DNA of 39,165 nt, taken from positions 1 through 39,165 of the IMG/VR virus record IMGVR_UViG_3300027823_000003; one strand, given 5' to 3'. This document shows, in pieces, positions 31,443-39,165 of this stretch (position 1 is its first letter; each line of letters starts with the position of its first letter). The translations under genes and the position numbers were made by a program. The notes below the pieces were generated by a model. It searched no databases. It worked only from the letters and a program-made list of their open reading frames with translations, and was not told the origin of the DNA. The stretch is from a virus.

Positions 31443-32450
31443 TTATAAAAAACTACCGATTAGTTCATTTTGATCCGCCTCAGTGGCGGATCCTTGCCTA
31501 ACTCGTTCCCGAGCTATTTGTACGGCACCAGCCTTAACACCACTCACGCCGCGGGCAGGTGTCATAGGGACTTTAGGAGCTAGCACCGCTGCCGCAGGCT
31601 TGACCGCCAGCTTTGGCATTAACTCCTTCTCACTAGGCTTGACCGCGTCTCGCGACAACCGCAAGCGACGGCCTTCGATAAAATCGCCAACACAGATTTT
31701 AAAGTCGGGGAAACGTAACAGCTCAGGCATGGCCTTCAGGTATCCGACCGCTTCTTGATAAAGTGGCGCAGCCGCATCAAACAAATCCGGATATACCGTC
31801 TTAGCCTGAGCATCCCACACTACTTGATCTTTAAGAAATTGTCGTCGCGTCGGCGCAGTCTCTGTCAGTAATTCGTCAGCATTAGCCATGATTTGCCGTA
31901 CCTCTTGTTCGGTGTACTCACGATCTTCGCCTCCGTTTTGACTAGGCACTACCGCGCCATTGATATTCTGTAAAGCCCACCGACGCGCACGCTTTGCGGC
32001 CCCGACACGGTTATCTAGCTCGCTCTCCGTCAATACATCCGTCAATGGATTGGCCGAGGTGGGAGATAGTACCAAATGCTCCATCGTGTGCCCGTCTAGC
32101 TTTTGTTTTAGGGCCGTAATTTCTAAATCCTTTTCCGCGATCTTCGTTTTTAAATCACCTTTTTCCGCTGTGATTTTGTCAATGCGTTGTTGTACTTTGA
32201 CCGGGAGACCACTTGTAGAATTCAACTCTTCAGACCCATCCGCCTCATCCGCTTCTTTCCCAGTATCAGATTCAGAGCCTTGCAGCCCTTTATCGTCCAG
32301 CTCGTCTGCCTCAGCAGATTCCTCGCCCTCTTTCTCTATCTCATCTTCTACGCCGTTAACAACGGATTCAGAGGCTTCCGCAACGGGGACTATTCCCAAT
32401 ATGGCAGACTCGATCTCGTTTAGTTCCGCGGGTGTGATTACATTAGACAT
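31443..32450 (-). CDS. Scaffolding protein
   Basis: The ATG at 32450 (MSNVITPAEL) is preferred over the track start 32561. It has an acidic N-terminal half (EDEIEKEGEESAEADELDD) and a helical/coiled region, and lies immediately upstream of the capsid gene. Confidence 0.55.
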   Translation of the reverse strand: MSNVITPAELNEIESAILGIVPVAEASESVVNGVEDEIEKEGEESAEADELDDKGLQGSESDTGKEADEADGSEELNSTSGLPVKVQQRIDKITAEKGDLKTKIAEKDLEITALKQKLDGHTMEHLVLSPTSANPLTDVLTESELDNRVGAAKRARRWALQNINGAVVPSQNGGEDREYTEQEVRQIMANADELLTETAPTRRQFLKDQVVWDAQAKTVYPDLFDAAAPLYQEAVGYLKAMPELLRFPDFKICVGDFIEGRRLRLSRDAVKPSEKELMPKLAVKPAAAVLAPKVPMTPARGVSGVKAGAVQIARERVRQGSATEADQNELIGSFL

Positions 32451-32483
32451 AGTATTCCCTAAGTGACCAGTTGTTCGATTGTG

Positions 32484-32539
32484 AACGGGCGTCCTGCGTA
32501 GACGCAAGAGGTGTGAGCAATCCGGCAGGATCGCCCGTT
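32484..32539 (-). other. Long imperfect hairpin in the scaffold-gene leader
   Basis: aacgggcgtcctgc (32484-32497) pairs with gcaggatcgcccgtt (32525-32539): 14 bp with one bulge. No U-tract follows on the minus strand. It lies 34 nt upstream of the ATG at 32450. Confidence 0.5.
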
Positions 32540-32684
32540 TGTAATAATAATGGCTGAACAAAAGAAAGCCTCATAGCCTTCTATATGTCATGGACATGAG
32601 CGATTGTCCAACAATACCACCGCCGCTAGGAGTAAGCGGGCTTAATTGGCCTTAAAATGGCATCATCAGCCCGCAGGCTGGCTT

Positions 32685-32999
32685 CTACTTCTGCACCGTA
32701 TCCAAGCCGCGTTCTCGAAAACTTTTGAGTGCATCCTTCAGCGTCCTCAACACTTCCACGCCGCCGGCTAAATATGCCAATGCCCCTGGCTTATCCGCTA
32801 ATTCCACCCGAGCCAACATCATTACTTGGTCATCGGCATGGTCCTCAATCACTTGCATTAACGCCCGCCAAACGGGCGCGTCCTCTGACATGGCTAATAC
32901 GCTAATCAGACGATCCTCCGACAGTCGGTCACCACCAGTATTACCACTAACCCGCTCTTGTTTAATTAAAACCCGATACCCAAACATTGAAAATTTCAT
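32685..32999 (-). CDS. Hypothetical protein
   Basis: 104-aa ORF. No motif recognised. Confidence 0.6.
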   Translation of the reverse strand: MKFSMFGYRVLIKQERVSGNTGGDRLSEDRLISVLAMSEDAPVWRALMQVIEDHADDQVMMLARVELADKPGALAYLAGGVEVLRTLKDALKSFRERGLDTVQK

Positions 33000-33026
33000 A
33001 TCTTTATTTTTACTTAGTTCATTACT

Positions 33027-33452
33027 TTATTTACCTGCAGGATAATATGCCACCACCCGGACTAATATCCACACTCCAACGCCCAGCCCCGCCACAACTA
33101 CGGAAATTATAGACCCGGTTACCACCCATCCCACCTTACCGACCCAGCCCATCGCATCGATCCGCCCCCGCGCCTCCGCCTTTTCCAGAGCCATCCCTTG
33201 CTTGACCTCCAGTATATCCTTGTAGTTCGTTCGCGCCTTCAAATGCGCCTCCGCGATTAATACAGATTGCTCATTCGTCACTTGAACTAATTCGTTTATC
33301 TTAGAATGCGTAATTACCTGCCCCTCCAGTATAGCACGCTGGATAGGGCTAGCGGTCTCTAATAAGGCCACGCTCATACGTTGCGTGATTTTCCTTATCC
33401 GCTCCGGCTCAGTGTTTTCTCTCGTCATAATGCCCCTCCTTAAATACCCCAC
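33027..33452 (-). CDS. Hypothetical membrane-anchored protein
   Basis: 141 aa. It has a helical N-terminal part and C-terminal hydrophobic segments (WVVTGSIISVVVAGLGVGVWILVRVV). Confidence 0.6.
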   Translation of the reverse strand: MGYLRRGIMTRENTEPERIRKITQRMSVALLETASPIQRAILEGQVITHSKINELVQVTNEQSVLIAEAHLKARTNYKDILEVKQGMALEKAEARGRIDAMGWVGKVGWVVTGSIISVVVAGLGVGVWILVRVVAYYPAGK

Positions 33453-33455
33453 ACA

Positions 33456-35570
33456 CTAACTTAGCACGGGCTTAACACCCATCTTTCCGATTTGAGCATT
33501 TTGTTGTTGCTGAAGCATAAATTGAAAATGTTTCATCCGGTTGTCTACCATGCTTTTAAAAATTTCATCCTTGCCGTAACGGTCCTGCAACGATGGATTC
33601 TTGGAAATAATTTGCTGTAAAACTTGCAGCCGTAGTTGTGCGTTTTCTCCTCCCTCTTTTAGCATCGGCTCCACTCCCGCCGCTATCTTAGTAAATTGCC
33701 GCTCCTCATCGTCAACCTCCTGCTGTGAGGCCGCGTCTGCATCCCGTACCAGTTCATCCGCCAAACTTGGATCGACCGCCGCAACCATCACTTTTATTAA
33801 TAAATTACGGTCCATGACCCCCGTCACATCTAGCGTTGTAATTTTGGCAAGTGCTTCAAGTTTGTTGGCAACATATTCCGAGTCTAGGTTCCGAACGTCA
33901 AAGACTACCATCACATCATACTGCCCACGGATGTCCAGCGGGCCTTTAGCCATTGGCGCAGACTGACATTGTACTACTCTCACCACCTCTTCTTCCGACA
34001 TAAATTGTTGCATGAGCATCCACGTCATGCCCACGCAGAGCTCCATTTCACGTAGCCACTTACCGACCCTATAGCGTTGGTGTAGTTGTTGCCTATCCTT
34101 AGGCATGTTCGGGCTCCAGTTTGTTGATAGACCACAATACTCATCCACATCATTCCTCGTCGCTTTTTCAACTTCCATAGTTCCGCCGCTCGTTTGAGGC
34201 ATTTGCAGAAATCCAAAATCATCCGACCGCCTTGCAGGCAGCTGCATGTTAGGGCCCATGAGTATCTGCACCTTACCGCGTGAAGCGGGCACCCGGAACG
34301 GCGGTAAGATTTCAATATCCGCCCGATCATTCCGAAAATCTCTAGCCCGCTTAATATCGTTTTGTTGAGTTTTTAAAAGTTCCGGCATCCCGCGGCTCTC
34401 GATGAGACGCCGCTTAATCCGCTCTCTCACCAGCGGTATAAAAGGAAGGAGCCCGTGATCGTAATTATATAGAGCGTGCTTACCTTCCATGTCTTGGATT
34501 GCACCATGGATTACCGTCTTCCAGATTTGCGGTATATTCTCCGGTGACGATGACTTATAATAAACGTGCCACAATTCAACCAAATCCCTTTCTTCCTCAG
34601 TCGCGGATCGGGAGGCAGAACTAATCATTCTTAGAGAAGAACCATCCAACCCGCTAAAAACCGCGCCCTTATGCTCTAAGGCTTTTTCCACCCACTCCGC
34701 ATCGTAATCCTCAGACTCGATCCGCTCCCTCAATTCCGTTTCTGTGACTAGCTCCCGCTGTGCGATGAATCTCGCACGTTGGAGATCGGAGGTGGAGGCC
34801 GGAAAGACGACATCGTAATACGGCATTAACGCTTTCCAACACGGACGGCTGGAAATAACTATCGGCACCGGCACCTCCGCCGCACCCGTCTCCCGCAGAT
34901 CCTTTAGCACCTTTGCGGCCTGTGACTTAGTTAATCCTAAAGCCATTTGTTGGATGAAATTTATTATCTCTGCATCCGCCAGCGGGTCAAAAAACAACGT
35001 TAGTAACCGCGCTAACGCCTCATCTTGAGTAGCCATTTCAGTCAACGCCTCTAGCGTCACCGACTGCATTTTCAGTTGGGTTTCTTGTTTCCAAAATATT
35101 CCCATAACCGCTAATCCATATTGCTCCCGCCACTGCGCCGCTAGGTCAATCTCAGCGACTAACTCGGCCTGCATGTGAGTGAATAACATCCATCTTAAAA
35201 GACTTGTTGCCGCCGTGCCTTTGCCCGCACTTCCGAGCCCGTGCGGTATTGCTTGAGGGCGGGCATCAAAAAAAGACACTACCATCTCCATTACCCGCTC
35301 ATTGATTATAGTGTCAACGAGCCGCACGCGGGTATCAGATGCACCCTCCCACGGAAGAGGCTCTTTCTGCATGTCTTCTTTATGTTTTCGACCATCGGCG
35401 GATTGCCCGTCCCATTCACAAAAACGGATGTCATCCCCCTCCTCCGCAGTGCTCCGCCACCCGCTCATGTCCGTTATCGCCCGCGCTAGTTCACCGTGCA
35501 GGATTTTTACAGGTGAATCATCCTTGTTAATTGCCTCTAAATAATTCTTGTTGATCATATTAATCCTCAT
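33456..35570 (-). CDS. Portal protein
   Basis: About 700 aa, located after the terminase and before the scaffold and capsid genes. The N-terminal segment PLPWEGASDTRVRLVDTIINE resembles podovirus-type portal proteins. An alternative ATG at 35558 follows GAGGA. Confidence 0.65.
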   Translation of the reverse strand: MRINMINKNYLEAINKDDSPVKILHGELARAITDMSGWRSTAEEGDDIRFCEWDGQSADGRKHKEDMQKEPLPWEGASDTRVRLVDTIINERVMEMVVSFFDARPQAIPHGLGSAGKGTAATSLLRWMLFTHMQAELVAEIDLAAQWREQYGLAVMGIFWKQETQLKMQSVTLEALTEMATQDEALARLLTLFFDPLADAEIINFIQQMALGLTKSQAAKVLKDLRETGAAEVPVPIVISSRPCWKALMPYYDVVFPASTSDLQRARFIAQRELVTETELRERIESEDYDAEWVEKALEHKGAVFSGLDGSSLRMISSASRSATEEERDLVELWHVYYKSSSPENIPQIWKTVIHGAIQDMEGKHALYNYDHGLLPFIPLVRERIKRRLIESRGMPELLKTQQNDIKRARDFRNDRADIEILPPFRVPASRGKVQILMGPNMQLPARRSDDFGFLQMPQTSGGTMEVEKATRNDVDEYCGLSTNWSPNMPKDRQQLHQRYRVGKWLREMELCVGMTWMLMQQFMSEEEVVRVVQCQSAPMAKGPLDIRGQYDVMVVFDVRNLDSEYVANKLEALAKITTLDVTGVMDRNLLIKVMVAAVDPSLADELVRDADAASQQEVDDEERQFTKIAAGVEPMLKEGGENAQLRLQVLQQIISKNPSLQDRYGKDEIFKSMVDNRMKHFQFMLQQQQNAQIGKMGVKPVLS

Positions 35571-35619
35571 TTTTTAACTATAAAATTTACCAATTTACTA
35601 ATAACTCGTTTCCCTCGCT

Positions 35620-35646
35620 AGGGTAAGACCCTCAAAGTCCTACCCT
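35620..35646 (-). other. Stable hairpin in the portal-gene leader
   Basis: The minus-strand RNA reads AGGGUAGGAC-uuugagg-GUCUUACCCU: a 10-bp stem including one G-U, with no U-tract. Confidence 0.5.
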
Positions 35647-35671
35647 ATTTTGCTTGACATTACAACTTTAA

Positions 35672-35869
35672 TTATGCAGCCACAATTTTACGCTGTTGCC
35701 GCGCCTCCAGCTTCAACGCCTCGACTTCATCCCGTATAAAATAAGCCCGCCCGCCAGCCCTTAAATAAACTGGCCTCAACTTGACGGGAACCAGCAGCGC
35801 GAACTCACGCTTTTCTAAGCCGAGCTCCGCCATGACCAAACTACGCCGCATAAAAAAACCTTTATTCAT
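35672..35869 (-). CDS. AlpA/excisionase-family-like HTH protein
   Basis: 65 aa. SLVMAELGLEKREFALLVPVKLRPVYLRAGGRAYFIRDEVEAL follows the winged-helix excisionase/AlpA pattern. Confidence 0.45.
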   Translation of the reverse strand: MNKGFFMRRSLVMAELGLEKREFALLVPVKLRPVYLRAGGRAYFIRDEVEALKLEARQQRKIVAA

Positions 35870-35889
35870 ATTTTCTCACCTTCTTATTT

Positions 35890-37596
35890 TCAATACACCC
35901 CGCGCCCCCGGATTAACATTGGCAATCCAGAAACGTCTTCTAAATTCAGCAACGCCGCGTAGCGCACATTGTCCACTGGGTCCTTGCACGCGCCATGCCG
36001 CCCATCCTTACCCGTCCATTCCTGTAGCCCATAGATCGTATTAGTGCATAACTCGTTGACATAAAGTTTAGGTTGATTTAATGCATCCACCGGCATTTCC
36101 ACATCGTAATCTAACAGCGTATTAATTAAATCTACACCCTCATCAATGTCATCCCCGGGAGTAGGGAGGAATGACATGCCCAGCTCCTCCATCTCTTCAA
36201 TGAGCGTCGTAGATTCTTCTTTTCCTACCGTGGCTGCATTGCCATATCGCGAATCCATATACCTCTCCAGCACATGCTCCGCCTTCCACTCTGCCCCCAC
36301 CGGCTTCTCCAGCAACGCATTGAGCCGCTCCAACCGCTCCACCTCCTCCTTGTATCTTTTCATCCCAAAGCCAAAGCCAACTTGTGCGGGTCCCCGCCTA
36401 CCGTCCGCCTTCTTCCCGTCCGGCTCCGCCCACGCACCCGGATGCCCTACACCATCAATGTAAAGATGCTCACACGGCCATTCCCGATAAATAAATTTGC
36501 GGCCAATAGAATCCACCAGCACCCAGGTCATGAACCAGTTTCTCCCACCGCACGGATCGATTATTAGATACCTCGTTCCAGTAACAGGAATACGATTCGC
36601 AGGGATAGTGTGGACGCCTTGCTTGAACTTAGGGAACCTGCCCGAGATCGCTTTAGTAGGAACGCCATAAGCCCGCATTAAAATTGTCTCACGGCTTTTG
36701 CTTGCGAGCGTTGCTTTCATCGATTCGTAATCATTGAAAGGATTGTCCGCCGTGTGGAAGTAAAAAATTTGCATCATCGGGTTTGTGGCCTGCTGCACTC
36801 TTGGCACCCTCTCACCACCTATCACCTCCCCCACTGCATTCCGCACGGGCAAGAGATCGGGATCCGCCTCCGCATCTAGCAACGTTTTTGCTCCGCCTAG
36901 ACAAGTCTTAACCGTGGCACTATAACCTTCTACCGGTGTAAAAGTAACATGCAGCGTGCCGTTGCGGGTTACTAGCCGATACCGTAACGCCTCCATCCAG
37001 TCAGGAGTCACCAACTCGTCACACCATACCTCATCCAGCTCCGGACCTTCTAAAGTTTTTACATCTTGCGTATAAAATTTAAACCAACATTGACTGCCAT
37101 TGGGTAGAACGAATGTATCCTCTGTAAAGCCGCCCGCCTGGGAGTAAACAATCTTCGTTGACACGCCCTTCCTTAGTTTTCCCGTCGCCGTTGGTCGCCA
37201 TTCTACGGGTAGATATTTCCACATTAATGGTTGCTGGGTTTGCTGACTAATCGTCTGACTACCTTGGCAGCACCATACGCGCCGCCCCGGCTCATTCACC
37301 ATCCGCTCCATCCGCCGCTTGGCCGCACGCTCCGATTTGCTCGCACGATTTCCGCCTAGGTCCAGTTCTTCCAGCACCCCACTCGGATTTGCCAGCCTCT
37401 TCTTTACCATCCATTCATCTACCGTCTTCCACCATGTCGGTTCGTAGCCGTATCGCAACGGATCCAGCCGCTCCTTGCGTATGGCGTCTTCACGCAGCAC
37501 ATAGAATTCTTCGACCCCCTTCAGCCCCATCGCCATCACCTGCTCCTTAGTTGGGACTTTAATGACCGGATGCTTAGACCAAACTAATTCACTCAT
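35890..37596 (-). CDS. terL: Terminase large subunit
   Basis: It has Walker A-like DLGGNRASKSE, Walker B DEVWCDE, and nuclease-domain LIIDPCGGRNWFMTWVLVD. The ATG at 37596 overlaps the upstream stop (aacATGAgt); the track start 37614 is a TTG. Confidence 0.85.
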   Translation of the reverse strand: MSELVWSKHPVIKVPTKEQVMAMGLKGVEEFYVLREDAIRKERLDPLRYGYEPTWWKTVDEWMVKKRLANPSGVLEELDLGGNRASKSERAAKRRMERMVNEPGRRVWCCQGSQTISQQTQQPLMWKYLPVEWRPTATGKLRKGVSTKIVYSQAGGFTEDTFVLPNGSQCWFKFYTQDVKTLEGPELDEVWCDELVTPDWMEALRYRLVTRNGTLHVTFTPVEGYSATVKTCLGGAKTLLDAEADPDLLPVRNAVGEVIGGERVPRVQQATNPMMQIFYFHTADNPFNDYESMKATLASKSRETILMRAYGVPTKAISGRFPKFKQGVHTIPANRIPVTGTRYLIIDPCGGRNWFMTWVLVDSIGRKFIYREWPCEHLYIDGVGHPGAWAEPDGKKADGRRGPAQVGFGFGMKRYKEEVERLERLNALLEKPVGAEWKAEHVLERYMDSRYGNAATVGKEESTTLIEEMEELGMSFLPTPGDDIDEGVDLINTLLDYDVEMPVDALNQPKLYVNELCTNTIYGLQEWTGKDGRHGACKDPVDNVRYAALLNLEDVSGLPMLIRGRGVY

Positions 37597-37928
37597 GTTA
37601 ACCGCTCCGAACAAGATGCTTGCGCAGACTTCATGAAGTCGAAGAATATCTTGAGCGACTCCTCGCTGATCTGCCCCGCCTTATACGCTTGTGCTATTAC
37701 CCCAGAGCCTATCACCCAACAATCCTCCTTTTGGTTAGGCATTTCCACCACATCCATTTCAGTTAAATTGGCGAGGGTTGAAAATTTGTCACGGTAAGTT
37801 GTTATCTTCCTTATCTCAGGGAGTAGAGCCGTCTTCACGAAGTAAGTTTCACGCTTCCGCGGAAAAAACATAGCTTCAGTGTCGTTCAATAATTCTGCCG
37901 TCAACCCAAGTCTGGTTTCTTCATTCAT
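37593..37928 (-). CDS. Hypothetical protein (positional candidate for small terminase)
   Basis: 111 aa, translationally coupled to terL. No motif recognised. Confidence 0.55.
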   Translation of the reverse strand: MNEETRLGLTAELLNDTEAMFFPRKRETYFVKTALLPEIRKITTYRDKFSTLANLTEMDVVEMPNQKEDCWVIGSGVIAQAYKAGQISEESLKIFFDFMKSAQASCSERLT

Positions 37929-37945
37929 AATTTATTCTTTAATTT
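37925..37945. repeat. 21-nt exact junction repeat tcataatttattctttaattt (copy 1)
   Basis: Identical to 38497..38517. On the minus strand it reads AAATTAAAGAATAAATTATGA, that is ..IKE-stop-ATT-ATG. Confidence 0.9.
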
Positions 37946-38279
37946 CGAAGTTATCCATTTTCAATGACATCGAAATCGGGTACCACGTTGATTCTCTCAC
38001 CTTGCCATGGTAGCCGCAACATTCACACCCAAATCCCAAAGCTATACCGTTCTTATCATATTTTGTGCCGGGGGGATCGTATCCCTCCCATGTATTGAAA
38101 CACCCTGAGCATGTTTGTGTGTAAGTACTGTGATCACATACCTCGCCATCAATAATCCGGTATTTCTTTCGGCGATTAACCTTCCTGCCAAGTCGTTTTT
38201 CAACGTCCTGCCAAGAGATAAACATGGGTATCAACTCCACGTTGATCGCGTTATCCTCTTCGGTTGTTCTCTTACTCAC
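37932..38279 (-). CDS. Cys-rich (zinc-binding-like) hypothetical protein
   Basis: 115 aa with CDHSTYTQTCSGC...GCECCGYHG. Confidence 0.6.
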   Translation of the reverse strand: MSKRTTEEDNAINVELIPMFISWQDVEKRLGRKVNRRKKYRIIDGEVCDHSTYTQTCSGCFNTWEGYDPPGTKYDKNGIALGFGCECCGYHGKVRESTWYPISMSLKMDNFEIKE

Positions 38280-38500
38280 TATTCAACCTTTCCTTTGCCC
38301 GGTTGCTGCTTTGATTTCAGTGGCATAGGTATGATCGCAAATTTGAATTTTATCCCGCCTTTGTGGTCAACACGGAATGATTTCACATTCGCACGCAACA
38401 TCTTTTCGGCGACGAGGGCTGTATATCTAGCCCACCACTCCGCAGCCCCGCCGCCCGGTTGAGGAGTGCCGTTAATCTCATCATCTGGTTTGATACTCAT
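38279..38500 (-). CDS. Small hypothetical protein, paralogue of 760..966
   Basis: 73 aa. See 760..966 for the shared motif. Confidence 0.7.
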   Translation of the reverse strand: MSIKPDDEINGTPQPGGGAAEWWARYTALVAEKMLRANVKSFRVDHKGGIKFKFAIIPMPLKSKQQPGKGKVE

Positions 38501-38517
38501 AATTTATTCTTTAATTT
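38497..38517. repeat. 21-nt exact junction repeat (copy 2)
   Basis: See 37925..37945. Confidence 0.9.
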
Positions 38518-39097
38518 GCGGAGGCGGAGGAGGGGGACAAGGTTGCCAATGCGTAGGTTGCAACATGATCGGGCCTGTCACATATTCCATCACCCAGGAG
38601 CCCTGATGCTCCATCCCTACGGACGGATCCCAGAACCCAAACTCCGGCTGTGCGCAGGCCAGCATTATCCGCGTTCCATCCTTAAGGGCCGTCTCCATGG
38701 GTAGCCATCCACGGCGAATCGGCACCCGCCACAACCGATGTCGACCGTGATCGGTGTAAGATAAGAGAGTCCATTTCTCTGCATCGACATCCACGCGGTC
38801 AGATTCATTTTGTTCTTTTGGGTGTTCCTTGTTCTCCAGCCAATCCCTTGCCACAATGTAAGCTTCCCTCAGCTCCAGACGCTCCTCATGCGTGGGGGCG
38901 TCTGACATCATACGATGATAGACCGCATTACATAAACGCTCCATCACCTCACGCGTCTTGACTTCTTTTATGCGGTGCAACGAAGACATGAAACCACAAT
39001 CTGCCTGATCGGTTTCGACACCTTGCGGACCAAACCACCCACGCCACGCTTCCGCCGCTTTGTTCACGCCTTCGCTTTGTTCTTTTGATTCAATCAT
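38504..39097 (-). CDS. DUF551-like domain protein
   Basis: 197 aa. The C-terminal WLPMETALKDGTRIMLAC...GSWV...QPTHWQPCPPPPPP follows the DUF551 pattern (W..PE.G..VL....W...THW.PLP.PP). Its 5' end lies in the terminal repeat. Confidence 0.6.
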   Translation of the reverse strand: MIESKEQSEGVNKAAEAWRGWFGPQGVETDQADCGFMSSLHRIKEVKTREVMERLCNAVYHRMMSDAPTHEERLELREAYIVARDWLENKEHPKEQNESDRVDVDAEKWTLLSYTDHGRHRLWRVPIRRGWLPMETALKDGTRIMLACAQPEFGFWDPSVGMEHQGSWVMEYVTGPIMLQPTHWQPCPPPPPPQIKE

Positions 39098-39165
39098 TTT
39101 ATTATTTCCGTTTTATTGTTTTGTTTACGCCACTGAAATTTCAGAGGCCAGCCTGATCACGCAGC
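39039..39165. repeat. Terminal direct repeat, exact copy of 1..127
   Basis: See 1..127. Confidence 0.9.

Noticed and set aside
22-38704. All plus-strand ORFs in the six-frame track (for example 1545..2129, 10265..10672, 18496..19011, 19432..19935, 31960..32466).
   Set aside because: Each lies entirely antisense to a longer minus-strand gene with recognisable motifs or good start context. Their products are low-complexity (Ser/Pro/Arg/Ala-rich), and none has an SD plus sensible boundaries. They are treated as frame shadows.
1-39165. CRISPR arrays, diversity-generating retroelement (TR/VR pair plus RT), toxin-antitoxin pairs, transposases.
   Set aside because: I looked for regularly spaced repeats, near-identical repeats of about 100 bp near the fibre genes, and RT, transposase or nuclease-toxin motifs. 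None was found.

Overview
The window is a complete, circularly closed genome of a tailed dsDNA phage. The first and last 127 nt are identical, so the unique length is 39,038 bp. Every credible gene lies on the minus strand. Genes are tightly packed, with many ATGA-type start/stop overlaps; plus-strand ORFs look like frame shadows.

Gene order in the direction of transcription (high to low coordinates):
- small accessory genes, including a DUF551-like protein and a Cys-rich protein
- large terminase
- Xis/AlpA-like HTH protein
- portal, membrane protein, scaffold and HK97-type major capsid protein
- an initiator-like tRNA-Met(CAT)
- a decoration-like gene followed by a strong rho-independent terminator
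- head-tail and tail genes with an embedded lysis cassette: membrane protein, overlapped coiled-coil/lipoprotein spanin-like pair, and T7-lysozyme-type amidase
- tail fibre genes
- Gly/Ala-rich ejection-type proteins, interrupted by a PAPS-reductase-family gene and ending in a 2,033-aa giant protein with kinase-like and HEIGH zincin signatures
- a tyrosine integrase
- a sigma70-like promoter plus inverted-repeat operator that opens an early region of small proteins (one very acidic), a Cro-like HTH and an RHH protein
- a replication module: an organizer protein whose gene carries GTAACG iterons and palindromes, a zinc-ribbon protein and a DnaB helicase
- three consecutive DNA methyltransferases; the C5 enzyme is broken by a frame change at a GGG run

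The lipobox protein and spanin layout suggest a Gram-negative host. No CRISPR array, reverse transcriptase/DGR, rRNA or transposase was seen.

The items most worth follow-up are the giant polyvalent-like virion protein, the PAPS-reductase gene inside the ejection module, the split C5 methyltransferase, the recurrent AACACTA leader motif and other short exact repeats at gene junctions, and the initiator-type tRNA. All functional calls rest on motifs read by eye; no database search was possible.
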